IMG/VR virus record: IMGVR_UViG_3300014658_000106 | Coordinates: 1 to 36,739 of that record | Direction: 5' to 3' (one strand) | Length of the DNA: 36,739 bases | DNA from: a virus | Lineage: Duplodnaviria; Caudoviricetes | In this document: piece by piece, positions 26,976-35,437 of the stretch | Position numbering within the stretch: position 1 is the first letter of the stretch | Layout: every line of letters starts with the position of its first letter | Translations under genes and position numbers: made by a program | Notes under the pieces: model-generated | Told to the model about the DNA's origin: nothing | The model's database searches: none | The model's input: only the letters and a program-made list of their open reading frames with translations

Positions 26976-27571
26976 GTCCAGATCCGTTGGCCTGCCCTAG
27001 TCATAGCAGTGTAACGGCTCTCAGGCGTGAATCCCAAGCCACGCAATAGAAACTTGGCATAGTCGCGGTCACGGAAGTTCTGCTTCACGTAGACGTAATT
27101 CACGACGCCAGGAAGCCCGTGCATCCAGCCGATGAGGAAGTCAGGCGTCTCCTCGTCGTACAGAACAACAGGCGGCACGGCCTCGAGCTGCCTGCCGATG
27201 AACGGCTTTAGGTCCGCGTCTAGCACCCCATGCGTCAGCAGCCGCGCCCGGTATTCCTTCTCCTGCTGCGCGGCTAGCAGGCTCTGCAGCCGCTTCTCTT
27301 GTGGCGTGTTGGTGCCGGTCCAGTTCTCGAGCTGGTGCTCAATGCTGTCGATGTAGCGCTGCGCGATAGCCCTGTGACGCGCTGAGCGCTTGGCTGCGAC
27401 TGCGGCGTGCTCAGATAGGGGTAGCAGCGCGCCTTGCTTGATGAATGCGTCTTTTGCTGACGTGAGCCACGAAGCCGCGACGAATTTGAGATCTAGCGGC
27501 AGCGCCCAGCGGAAGCCGATGCCTGCTCGTGAGAGCTCTTCGGGGACTTCGGGCGGATGAAACGCAGTCAT
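26963..27571 (-). CDS. Hypothetical protein with GNAT-like C-terminal motif
   Basis: DLKFVAASWL ... FLIGW...VNYVYVKQNFRDRDYAKFLL resembles acetyl-CoA-binding motif A; start uncertain (27571 chosen). Confidence 0.55.
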   Translation of the reverse strand: MTAFHPPEVPEELSRAGIGFRWALPLDLKFVAASWLTSAKDAFIKQGALLPLSEHAAVAAKRSARHRAIAQRYIDSIEHQLENWTGTNTPQEKRLQSLLAAQQEKEYRARLLTHGVLDADLKPFIGRQLEAVPPVVLYDEETPDFLIGWMHGLPGVVNYVYVKQNFRDRDYAKFLLRGLGFTPESRYTAMTRAGQRIWTWQR

Positions 27572-27593
27572 TCGGTGGAGGCACCGAACCGCT

Positions 27594-27965
27594 TCAGTCA
27601 GCGAATCCAAGCTCTGCAGTGTAGTCCCCGCCCTTGCTCTTGAAGATGAATGTGGCCCCATGCCCATCTTGGCGTGCCACGCTGCATGTGTAGGGCGCAG
27701 TCACGCGCTGCATGGTCAGCGAGCCAACAGCTTGCCCGGGCTTGATCAGGTTCAAGGCTTCGACGAAGGCCATGCATTCCGAGAACGCTCCGACGAAGGC
27801 GAGCTTGTCCAGCTTCTTCCCCGCGTGCTCGAGCAGCGTAACTTTGTATGGGCTCACTGTTTGTTGTTCCTGTCTAGCTTTCGCTTGTAAAAAGGCGACG
27901 TCGTGTCCTGGGGGAGTCTTGTCTTCGACCACTTCTCGTGGAACAGGTCCCACTGTTTTCGCCAT
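27594..27965 (-). CDS. Hypothetical protein
   Basis: 123-aa ORF in the operon direction; overlaps the upstream ORF by ~110 bp. Confidence 0.55.
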   Translation of the reverse strand: MAKTVGPVPREVVEDKTPPGHDVAFLQAKARQEQQTVSPYKVTLLEHAGKKLDKLAFVGAFSECMAFVEALNLIKPGQAVGSLTMQRVTAPYTCSVARQDGHGATFIFKSKGGDYTAELGFAD

Positions 27966-28108
27966 TTCGGATCCAGTCTGTTTCTAGCGTTGGCCATCAG
28001 CTCGTCTTCGATGAACTGCTGGTATTCGATCTTCGCGCGCTCTTCCTGTGCCCGCTTTCGCATGCGAGCGTATTCGGCGTCTAGGAATTCTTCGCGCTTA
28101 GATTTCAT
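27854..28108 (-). CDS. Hypothetical charged protein
   Basis: ATGA coupling with the upstream ORF. Confidence 0.55.
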   Translation of the reverse strand: MKSKREEFLDAEYARMRKRAQEERAKIEYQQFIEDELMANARNRLDPKWRKQWDLFHEKWSKTRLPQDTTSPFYKRKLDRNNKQ

Positions 28109-28251
28109 TGCACGTTGCGCCGCTCGAGGTCAGCGATGCGCTGCTTCTGCTGCTCGAGCTCTTCGACGATCTTCTCGATGCCAGCGACTAAAGGCCCAGC
28201 GGCCTTAAACACCAGCTCGGCGATCTTCTCGTGGATCTCTTTGTCGGTCAT
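28105..28251 (-). CDS. Small coiled-coil protein
   Basis: Start placed at MTDKEIHEK (ATGA overlap at 28248-28251, GGAGG upstream). Confidence 0.6.
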   Translation of the reverse strand: MTDKEIHEKIAELVFKAAGPLVAGIEKIVEELEQQKQRIADLERRNVQ

Positions 28252-28550
28252 AGCTTGAACATCCTCCGCGCCTGCAGATGTTTTTGATACAGTCGCCGCC
28301 CACGCCATGCCGCGTGCTGACGCGTAATCCAGTTAATGCCCAACAGTGTTTTAATTGTCGGCCACACAGTGTTAACCGGCGGCATCCCTAACTGTTGTCT
28401 AACAGTGTTAGGCTGTGCGTCGATTGTATATGTCAGCCAAGCTGAACCAGGCGCCGGCGTCGTGAGCACTGTCGTCTTGCCCTTAGGTGCAGGTCCTACG
28501 TGATGCACGGTGTGCCCGCTAGTCTCGCGCATGAATTCCTCGAGCGTCAT
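28248..28550 (-). CDS. Hypothetical protein
   Basis: ATGA coupling on both sides. Confidence 0.55.
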   Translation of the reverse strand: MTLEEFMRETSGHTVHHVGPAPKGKTTVLTTPAPGSAWLTYTIDAQPNTVRQQLGMPPVNTVWPTIKTLLGINWITRQHAAWRGRRLYQKHLQARRMFKL

Positions 28551-28933
28551 TCATCACCCGGCTCGTCAGGAGGCGGCGGCGGCAGCGTCAAGGTCTGCGG
28601 CATGAGCTGCTTGGAAGCCGTCATGACCTGATCCCATGTCGCGGGGTCTAACCGAGCCTGCAGCAGCTGAAGGAACTGAACGGCAAGTTGCAGGTTATCA
28701 CCGTTGCCCTCAGGTTTCTTCACAGGCTTCACACCGTGGCCCTGACGGATGATTTCGATCAGCAGCTGGGGGGACTGCTCAGCCATTGCTCGGGCGTAGA
28801 TTTCGTCACGATTCGCCGCAACGAAGTCACGGCACGCTGCACGCCAACCAGAAACAGGCTTGCCGGCGGGATTCCCTGACTGCCCCTTCTGCCAGCGATG
28901 TGGTCCTGGTTTGGTCTTGGGTACATCTGACAC
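28547..28933 (-). CDS. terS: Probable terminase small subunit (DUF5681-like motif)
   Basis: WQKGQSGNPAGKP motif, upstream of TerL. GTG start at 28933 preferred over 28987, which overlaps the upstream gene. Confidence 0.65.
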   Translation of the reverse strand: MSDVPKTKPGPHRWQKGQSGNPAGKPVSGWRAACRDFVAANRDEIYARAMAEQSPQLLIEIIRQGHGVKPVKKPEGNGDNLQLAVQFLQLLQARLDPATWDQVMTASKQLMPQTLTLPPPPPDEPGDE

Positions 28934-28958
28934 AACTATCTCGCCCAACACGTGGTAA

Positions 28959-29297
28959 TTACTTAAGTTCTGCGGTGTCCCCGGCAACAGAAGCCTGGGG
29001 CGGTGTGGGGGCGGATGCGGCGGGCTCGGAAACGGAGTCGATTACCGCGTCGAGCCCGTCGATGGCGGTGTCTAGCGTGTCGGCAGTGGCGCCGAGAACG
29101 ACGGCAGCGGCGGCCGCGTCTTTGAGAATCGTGCCGGCCACGGGGATGGCCTCGGCGATCTTCGCGAGGATGCCCGCATCGAGCTTGTTGATCTCTGCGA
29201 CGATGCCGTCGATGGCGGTGCGGATTTTGTCGGCCTCAGCCCTGACAGCATCGGCGGCGGGCTTGATTTTGGCGAGAGCTGCGGTGATGTCATCCAC
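28959..29297 (-). CDS. Ala-rich helical hypothetical protein
   Basis: GTG start at 29297 with AGGAG RBS, downstream of a promoter-like sequence. Confidence 0.65.
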   Translation of the reverse strand: MDDITAALAKIKPAADAVRAEADKIRTAIDGIVAEINKLDAGILAKIAEAIPVAGTILKDAAAAAVVLGATADTLDTAIDGLDAVIDSVSEPAASAPTPPQASVAGDTAELK

Positions 29298-29322
29298 GGG
29301 GGCTCCTGGCTTAAGTGGGCCA

Positions 29323-29350
29323 AGCATACCGAGGCGTCTGACGAAGTCAA
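29323..29350 (-). promoter_or_regulatory. Putative sigma70 promoter for the packaging operon
   Basis: TTGACT-16 bp-TATGCT, upstream of an RBS and GTG start. Confidence 0.55.
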
Positions 29351-29460
29351 CACGTATTCGTGCCGCCCGGGACCGTGAAGTGGGTGAAACTGTGACTGCG
29401 TCGGAACCCACCGCTCAGACACCCCGTCAAGATTCCAAAATTGAGCGCTGTTGCATTTTT

Positions 29461-29751
29461 TTAACGACCGAGGGGATACATGGCTGAAAGAGATTTAAAT
29501 TCGACTGGCGTCGATTTAGGCCCATTAGGCGAGAACACCTTTCTCGCAATGGTTGAAACTGCACCTGTAACGTCCTGGGGCGCATCGGGGTGGTTCCTCG
29601 CGAGCTCGAGAGCAAGGGCAAGATCCAACCCTTGGCCGTAGTCGTACCACGACAGCCCACAGCATTTGCAGGCCACCTTTGCCACAGGTGTGATCATGTC
29701 CGCCACGTATTCCTCGAACGTCATTTTTTTGACACTCCCCGACCTACTCAC
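29461..29751 (-). CDS. Hypothetical protein (start may be 29724)
   Basis: ORF with CKCC, between the AT-rich tract and the packaging promoter. Confidence 0.45.
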   Translation of the reverse strand: MSRSGSVKKMTFEEYVADMITPVAKVACKCCGLSWYDYGQGLDLALALELARNHPDAPQDVTGAVSTIARKVFSPNGPKSTPVEFKSLSAMYPLGR

Positions 29752-29787
29752 TTACCTCGCGTTTTCCCTACGCGTTCCTTTTTCTAT

Positions 29788-29823
<36 letters not shown>

Positions 29824-29864
29824 GATAAGGAGTATAAGTATAATGATTCAAGTATGGGTGTTTG

Positions 29865-31226
29865 TTAGTTGTTTTTTTCCCTGGCTAACCTTCTGGACCA
29901 ACCTTCGCCGGGCTCCCAAGGATAATGACGAACGCCGTCTATCATCGTTTGTGGCAATTTTACCCAGCCTAAATGCCTTAAAATGTCGGCGATCCTCATT
30001 TCGTCCCTCTTTGACTGCTTATCATCTGGCACTCCGATGGTGCTCAATCCGGCGTTTGTAGTGACCAGGGTTGGCTCCTTAATGAGCCATGCCTCTATCT
30101 TCTCTGACCAAGGATCTGACTCCATGAGCTTGGCGGCCTCGAGTTTCAAGGCATCCTTGTCCATGGTTTCGTCCGGGAAGAACTTTTCCCCGCTCTCCCA
30201 GGCTGCCACGGCTTCGGCCCAAAGCTGATCACGGAACTGGGCGATGATCTCGAGATCGATCTCTTTGTTGATATGGATCGGGTGCGTTCGCCTATTACCG
30301 GTCGCGTCTGTTAGGAATTGGCGTTCATTCGTCGTTCCAACAAATACACATGATCGTGGCCGGCTGACTTCTCCCCCATCGCGTCCACCTCCGAACGGAA
30401 TGAAATTGTCGGTGGGACTGCCAAGAAACTGTTTGATCTCGTGGCCTCTTTTACTCCTAAAGCTCTTGAGCTCGGCAATCTCGTGGACCCAGAACCTATT
30501 GAGCATGGATAGCGCCCGCTTGGGATCATTTAGATCCAGTTCTGTGTCGCTAACCCAAGGGTCGCAAAGGGCTTTTATCGATCTAGACTTGTTAACATCC
30601 TCGTTTCCTATCAGCACCAGGAAGTGATCGTGCTTCGATCCTGGCTTCATGGCCCTGGCGACAGCCCCAATGAAGAACCAGCGGAGCAGCTTTAGCGCTA
30701 GAGGGTCGGTCTGGTGAAAGGCTTTGCGTGCCACGATATCGATGGCCGACGGCAGTTCCTGGACCCACGTCAGCCCACTCAGGTACTCGCGCACCGGGTG
30801 GTACGGGTTCTCACTGGCGAGCACGTCGAAGGCTTCGTGAGATGTCTCATTGGGTAGTTGGATCAGTTTGGACTTGCGACCGTCCGTGCCGCGGATCTTG
30901 AGCTCAACGGTTTCGCGCCACCTAACAACGTCAGCCCTGAGTAGGGGCTTGCGGTTGAACTCAACTCGCTCGGTGAGCTCGTTCAGTTCGATCTCCCCGG
31001 GCCCGAGCGTCAGTTCACGCAGCGCCGGGTCCCTCAGTATGCGACACGCAGACGCCAGCGACTTAGTCAGCCCCGGGACGACGTGATAGGACCTGGTCCT
31101 ATTACCACCGCCCTGGATGACCGACAGGTTCGGGGGTGCGTCGGAATCGTCCGGTGGTGGTGGGTCATTTAAGCCGGGGGGTGCATACTCATCACCCGGC
31201 GGAGGCGGCGGAGGCGGCATTTCCAT
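29865..31226 (-). CDS. VirE/VapE-like P-loop ATPase (putative replicative helicase)
   Basis: YHPVREYL, WFFIGAVARAMKPGSKHD, W.HEIAEL, IKQFL, R.CVFVGTTN..QFLTDATGNRR and RDQLWAEA motifs. Confidence 0.88.
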   Translation of the reverse strand: MEMPPPPPPPGDEYAPPGLNDPPPPDDSDAPPNLSVIQGGGNRTRSYHVVPGLTKSLASACRILRDPALRELTLGPGEIELNELTERVEFNRKPLLRADVVRWRETVELKIRGTDGRKSKLIQLPNETSHEAFDVLASENPYHPVREYLSGLTWVQELPSAIDIVARKAFHQTDPLALKLLRWFFIGAVARAMKPGSKHDHFLVLIGNEDVNKSRSIKALCDPWVSDTELDLNDPKRALSMLNRFWVHEIAELKSFRSKRGHEIKQFLGSPTDNFIPFGGGRDGGEVSRPRSCVFVGTTNERQFLTDATGNRRTHPIHINKEIDLEIIAQFRDQLWAEAVAAWESGEKFFPDETMDKDALKLEAAKLMESDPWSEKIEAWLIKEPTLVTTNAGLSTIGVPDDKQSKRDEMRIADILRHLGWVKLPQTMIDGVRHYPWEPGEGWSRRLAREKNN

Positions 31227-31369
31227 GTAAGTGGGTCCCCAAAATAAATCTGCCCCCCACCGGGGCGGCCGGTGGGAGGCAGTGGATTTAGGCTAGGCCC
31301 TATCCAAACAGGTTTGAGATCGTGGCCGAGCCGCCCGCTGGCATTACGCATCTGTACCCAACGGGGCCG

Positions 31370-31672
31370 CTACTCGTCAAGTGCCTCGAGCACGTCGCTG
31401 ACGCTGCGGGCGATTACGTAGACGCCGCCGGCGCGTTCGACGGCTTGCTGGAACAGCTTCTGGCGCTGTGACTGCCGGCCCGTTTCGGTCTTGGCCTCGA
31501 TCGCTATGTAGCGGCCTTGGTGTATGGCGAGGATGTCGGGGTGGCCGTTGGGCAGGCTGCGCACCTGCTTCCGGCCGCGCTTGGCGACTACCACGTTGCA
31601 GCGGTAGACGAGCACGTCGGGGCGGGAGCCGAGCTCGACTAGGATCGCTCTCACTACAGCGCCTTCAGCCAT
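31370..31672 (-). CDS. VRR-NUC (PD-(D/E)xK) nuclease
   Basis: GHPDILA...IAIEAKT..G.QS..QK motif, next to the helicase. Confidence 0.88.
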   Translation of the reverse strand: MAEGAVVRAILVELGSRPDVLVYRCNVVVAKRGRKQVRSLPNGHPDILAIHQGRYIAIEAKTETGRQSQRQKLFQQAVERAGGVYVIARSVSDVLEALDE

Positions 31673-33018
31673 TGCTTATCCTTGCCGACCAGTTCCCTCC
31701 ATATACCCCAGGGCATCGGCTCTTGAGGGAACTTTTCTTTGTAGCGATGGACCACGTACCCGGGCTTTCTGCCCATAGCACGGGCCTCGAGCATCCATGC
31801 CCGGAACATGTCGCGAGGCGAGCCTTGGCCGATCGGGCGGGCCACTGCGTTCTCGACGACCAGCTTGGTGACCTTCTTGACCCGCTCGGCCCCGCAGTTC
31901 GGACACACGTCGCCCTCGAAGATGGCGTAGCACTGGGCGCAGGTGTGCAGCGGCAGCTCCTCAGCCGCGGTTAGGTCCTTCGCCACCTTGTCGCGGTCCT
32001 TCTGTAGCGAGTAGTCTCGATCCTGCTCTGGCAGCCCGTGGCGGCGTAGCAACTTGGAGTGGTCGTGGATACGGGCCAGAGCTTTGCCGGGCGCGGGGCG
32101 CATGATTCTGCCGACCATCTGCAGGTAGAGGGATGTGGACATCGTCGGCCGGCACAGCAGCGCCGTCTCGAGGTCGGGGATGTCCACGCCCTCGGTCAGG
32201 ATCGTCACGTTGCACAGCACGCGCGTCTCGCCTGAGCGTAGGCGCTCGAGGATGGCAGAACGCTCGGCCAGCGGCGTCTTGAAGTCCAAGTGCTCGGCTT
32301 TGACGCCAACGCTCTGGAACTCTGCGCACAGGCGCATGCTGTGCTCGATGTCTACGGCGAAGACGATCGTGCGGCTGCCGGCGCAGTGCTTGACCCACTG
32401 TTCGACGACATTGCCGAGGATCGTCTTGGTGCTCATGGCCATCGAGAGCGACCTGGTGTCGAAGTCGCCGTTGACGATCTTGATGTCCGTGAGGTCGGCC
32501 GTTACGTACTCAAAGCCCGTGTAGCGACACAGGTGCCCCGCGTCCATCAGCTCACGCGGTTTGGCTGCGACCACTAACGAGTCGAACCACTCGCCCAGGC
32601 CTTTACCGTCCAGGCGGAACGGTGTTGCGGTTAACCCGACGATCGGCGCTCCGACGTCGAAGAGATCGCGATAACTTATAGATTGAGAATGATGCGCTTC
32701 ATCGATGATGATCAGGTCCGCAGCTGGCATATGCCGCCGGTTAAGCGTCTGAATGCTCGCCAGCTGCACAGAGTGGTCTGTGCGCGGATGGCCGGCCATG
32801 ATCACGCCGTGCGGGATGTGGGCGAAGCGCTTCGATGTCTGCTCGATGATCTCACGACGGTGCACGACGAACAGCACGCGGCCGCCGCGCTCGATCAGGT
32901 GCTGGGCGATAACGCTCTTGCCTGAACCTGTAGGGGAAACGAGCAGAACTCTGGCCTTACCAGCGGCCAGCTCAGCGAGGATGCTATCCACCGCCGTTTG
33001 CTGGTAGTCCCTAAGCAT
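31654..33018 (-). CDS. Superfamily 2 DExH helicase (ResIII/RadD-like) with C-terminal Zn ribbon
   Basis: LRDYQ, SPTGSGKS, DEAHH, TAT, TEGVDIP, QMVGRIMR and CAQC..CPNC; start placed at MLRDYQ (33018). Confidence 0.93.
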   Translation of the reverse strand: MLRDYQQTAVDSILAELAAGKARVLLVSPTGSGKSVIAQHLIERGGRVLFVVHRREIIEQTSKRFAHIPHGVIMAGHPRTDHSVQLASIQTLNRRHMPAADLIIIDEAHHSQSISYRDLFDVGAPIVGLTATPFRLDGKGLGEWFDSLVVAAKPRELMDAGHLCRYTGFEYVTADLTDIKIVNGDFDTRSLSMAMSTKTILGNVVEQWVKHCAGSRTIVFAVDIEHSMRLCAEFQSVGVKAEHLDFKTPLAERSAILERLRSGETRVLCNVTILTEGVDIPDLETALLCRPTMSTSLYLQMVGRIMRPAPGKALARIHDHSKLLRRHGLPEQDRDYSLQKDRDKVAKDLTAAEELPLHTCAQCYAIFEGDVCPNCGAERVKKVTKLVVENAVARPIGQGSPRDMFRAWMLEARAMGRKPGYVVHRYKEKFPQEPMPWGIWRELVGKDKQWLKAL

Positions 33019-33118
33019 CGCGTGACTTCTTCCTCTGCGCCGCATTGTGCCCGGCGATAGCGCCGAGGATCTCATAGACGAGCGGTACGATGAGCATCAT
33101 CGCGAAGATCCATTGCAT
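33011..33118 (-). CDS. Small hydrophobic peptide (35 aa)
   Basis: MQWIFAMMLIVPLVYEILGAI with an AAGGA RBS. Confidence 0.45.
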   Translation of the reverse strand: MQWIFAMMLIVPLVYEILGAIAGHNAAQRKKSRDA

Positions 33119-33129
33119 GGTTGGTCCTT

Positions 33130-33333
33130 TCACTTGATTCCCCCGTTCCTCAGCATGAGTTTCTTCCTCGCTTCGGGTTCCATGGCGTCCATGGTGTGCA
33201 TCTCTTTGAGCGCGCATTTCGCGCAGACGTCCCTGTCTGGGCCTGAGATGGTCCATGACATCCGGATGCTCGCGGGCCTGCCACAGGTGCCGCAGACTGC
33301 CGGCGTAACCCGTTTATTGAACCCTTTTGGCAT
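33130..33333 (-). CDS. Small CxxC...CxxC Zn-finger protein
   Basis: CGTC and CAKC motifs; GGAGG RBS. Confidence 0.65.
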   Translation of the reverse strand: MPKGFNKRVTPAVCGTCGRPASIRMSWTISGPDRDVCAKCALKEMHTMDAMEPEARKKLMLRNGGIK

Positions 33334-33451
33334 CAGACCTCCGGCGCTTTCGTTCGTTTAGTTTGTGTATTTCCGCATGGATACGGCATCTAGACTGCCC
33401 TTCGACGGCATTTCGTTGGCAGCCTAGCCAGGTGCATTTTCGTTTGGGCAT
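33314..33451 (-). CDS. Small basic C-x4-C...C-x2-H protein (45 aa, MPKRKCTWLGCQRNAVEGQSRCRIH...), not in the ORF track
   Basis: Hand-translated; no RBS, but the ATG lies 7 nt after a -10-like box. Confidence 0.5.
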   Translation of the reverse strand: MPKRKCTWLGCQRNAVEGQSRCRIHAEIHKLNERKRRRSDAKRVQ

Positions 33452-33458
33452 GCACCGA

Positions 33459-33487
33459 TGTATATCCGATGTTGACAGCGAACGCAA
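33459..33487 (-). promoter_or_regulatory. Possible leftward promoter overlapping the rightward one
   Basis: Minus strand TTGCGT-17 bp-TATACA, 7 nt before the ATG at 33451. Confidence 0.35.
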
Positions 33488-33500
33488 TCGGGTGTATATT
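33472..33500 (+). promoter_or_regulatory. Near-consensus sigma70 promoter for the rightward (early) operon
   Basis: TTGACA (33472-33477), 17 bp, TATATT (33495-33500), then AGGAGG RBS and ATG at 33540. Confidence 0.8.
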
Positions 33501-33539
33501 CACATCGCCGGCATTCCGGCCGGTTCTAGGAGGTACCAA

Positions 33540-33767
33540 ATGAAGATGGACCACAAGGATGATCGTTACGCCGACGCCTGGGAGCGCTTCTGCGAGGAGG
33601 AAGTGGACGTGCCACTGGCGCGTTGGCAGGTGATGGAAATCATTGAGCTGACCAGGGCCCACGGCACGCCATCGGCGAAATCGTTGATCCCGGACCTGGA
33701 GGAATTCACCGAAATGCCCGACAGCGGGACCGGGATGGACTGCGAGCCGGATGGGGACGAGCGATGA
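33540..33767 (+). CDS. Small acidic hypothetical protein (75 aa)
   Basis: Start placed at MKMDHK behind AGGAGG; ATGA overlap with the next gene. Confidence 0.7.
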   Translation: MKMDHKDDRYADAWERFCEEEVDVPLARWQVMEIIELTRAHGTPSAKSLIPDLEEFTEMPDSGTGMDCEPDGDER

Positions 33768-34045
33768 ACGTCTTTTTCTACGAGGCCCTCTTGATCACTA
33801 AAGCCAATGCCCTTTTCCAGGGCGAAGCGCTAAAATTCCAAAACGTCGCGACAGGTGCAGGAGACGCGAAAGCGGACCTCCCCCCGGCGCCGGTCGGAAG
33901 CGTGGCGCCTCAGCACGTGCGGCAGAACTGGGGCAATTTCTATGACGCATGCGTCCGGCTGGATCGCTACCTGCGAGACCAGGGGGATCAACAGCCGTTC
34001 GAGGACTGGCTTTATATCCGTAAATTCCTGGAGGGAATCAAATGA
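33764..34045 (+). CDS. Hypothetical protein
   Basis: ATGA coupling on both sides. Confidence 0.68.
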   Translation: MNVFFYEALLITKANALFQGEALKFQNVATGAGDAKADLPPAPVGSVAPQHVRQNWGNFYDACVRLDRYLRDQGDQQPFEDWLYIRKFLEGIK

Positions 34046-35112
34046 GCGAGTCTCTGGAAGATGTAGCCAAGGCAAAGGCTGAGGCCGCGGCCCTGGCAAA
34101 GGCCAAAAGGGACGCCTTTGCCAGGGCGTGGGAGGCCTCAATGAGCATTTACGATCCGCACAACATCGAATCCGCAGTGACCCTGGCAGCCATGCTGGCT
34201 AAATCGCAGATCCTCCCGCGGCATCTGCACGGGAAGCCGGCTGACGTGCTGGCCATAATGATTAAGGGGCGAGAGCTCGGAATCTCGACCATGAAGGCGC
34301 TGTCTGGAATGTACTGCATCAATGGCAAAGTCGAGCTCGATGCTGCGACCCTGGCGGGCGTGGTCATGTCGCGAACCGACCTGTGCGAGTATTTGACGCT
34401 CATCGAGAGCACTGACAAGGTGGCAACCTATGAAACTAAGCGAAAAGGGAGTCCGAAGTCTGTTGTAATGGGCTTCACGATGGTCCAGGCAGAACGGGCT
34501 GGTTTACTTCGTAATGATGTTTGGCGAAAATTCCCTGAGGCGATGCTTCGCGCAAGAGCCATCTCTGTTGTCGCCAGAGCTGTTTACCCTGATCTTGCCG
34601 CAGGTCTATACGTCCAAGGAGAGATTGGAGGCGATGATCCAAAATACGTACCTGCCACGAGCCAAGTCGAGGCGAAACCCACCCGCCCCGCTTTCCCCGT
34701 CACTGACGCAGACTTCGAAGTCATCCGCGAGAGCCTCAAAACGCCGCCGGTCGCGGAAGACGAAGTAGCGGAACCCGCACCGGCAGCCAGGGGCACGTGG
34801 ACGGATTCGGAGCCTGACTTCAGCCCTGACGACAAGATCAGCGCCGAGGCTGCGCGGGAGAATCAGTTCGCGGGAGTGAAGATCTCAAGCGGGCCCCTGA
34901 AGGGGCAGTTCGTCAGCGCTCAGCCGCTGGCGTGGCTGGTGAAGGCCGCCAAGCACCTGCAGACGATCGTCGACCTGGCCACAGAGTCCGGGCAGCCGCA
35001 GAAGGTGGGCAATATCAAGATGCTCGAGGCGCTGGCGTACTACATTGAGAAGAAGAGCGCAGAGGACTACACGGACGCGGAAATTAACGCAGCACAGGAG
35101 GAGACGAAATGA
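34042..35112 (+). CDS. RecT/Red-beta-like single-strand annealing protein
   Basis: KS.ILP....KPAD....I.GRELG...M.AL......NGK, A.RAGLL...W.K.PE.ML.ARA....R..YPD...GLY..GE pattern, with an acidic C-terminal extension. Confidence 0.78.
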   Translation: MSESLEDVAKAKAEAAALAKAKRDAFARAWEASMSIYDPHNIESAVTLAAMLAKSQILPRHLHGKPADVLAIMIKGRELGISTMKALSGMYCINGKVELDAATLAGVVMSRTDLCEYLTLIESTDKVATYETKRKGSPKSVVMGFTMVQAERAGLLRNDVWRKFPEAMLRARAISVVARAVYPDLAAGLYVQGEIGGDDPKYVPATSQVEAKPTRPAFPVTDADFEVIRESLKTPPVAEDEVAEPAPAARGTWTDSEPDFSPDDKISAEAARENQFAGVKISSGPLKGQFVSAQPLAWLVKAAKHLQTIVDLATESGQPQKVGNIKMLEALAYYIEKKSAEDYTDAEINAAQEETK

Positions 35113-35435
35113 CAACGCGACGCCAGGGCGATGTGTTCATCCGTAGTCTGACGAAGGCTGCGGCCGAGAAGCTCAAGGCTGGCATGAAGGAGATCCCGCG
35201 TGACAAGGGGCGGGTGGTGCTGGCCTACGGAGAGGTGACCGGGCACAGTCACGCCATTTCTGAGCAGGCTGTTAGGTTTCTCACGAACGATGCAGCGCTT
35301 CGGATTCTAGAGATCCGAGAGCCGGCGACACTCCGTCATGAGGAGCATCGCGCCTTCGAGCTTCCGGTCGGCGATTATGAGGTGACCATTCAAAGGGAGT
35401 GGCACCGTAAATCCATCTTCACCGTAGCGGATTAG
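35109..35435 (+). CDS. Small His-motif protein (RQGDV...GE.TGH.H...HEEH), a type usually found next to DUF6745 genes
   Basis: RQGDV, LAYGEVTGHSH, LRHEEH and LP.G.YEV..QRE...VAD; AGGAGG RBS. Confidence 0.8.
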   Translation: MTTRRQGDVFIRSLTKAAAEKLKAGMKEIPRDKGRVVLAYGEVTGHSHAISEQAVRFLTNDAALRILEIREPATLRHEEHRAFELPVGDYEVTIQREWHRKSIFTVAD

Positions 35436-35437
35436 CC

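Noticed and set aside
31254-31279. GC hairpin CCCACCGG-ggcgg-CCGGTGGG upstream of the VirE-like gene
   Set aside because: The inverted repeat is real, but the U-rich run is not adjacent to the stem, so I cannot call it a terminator.
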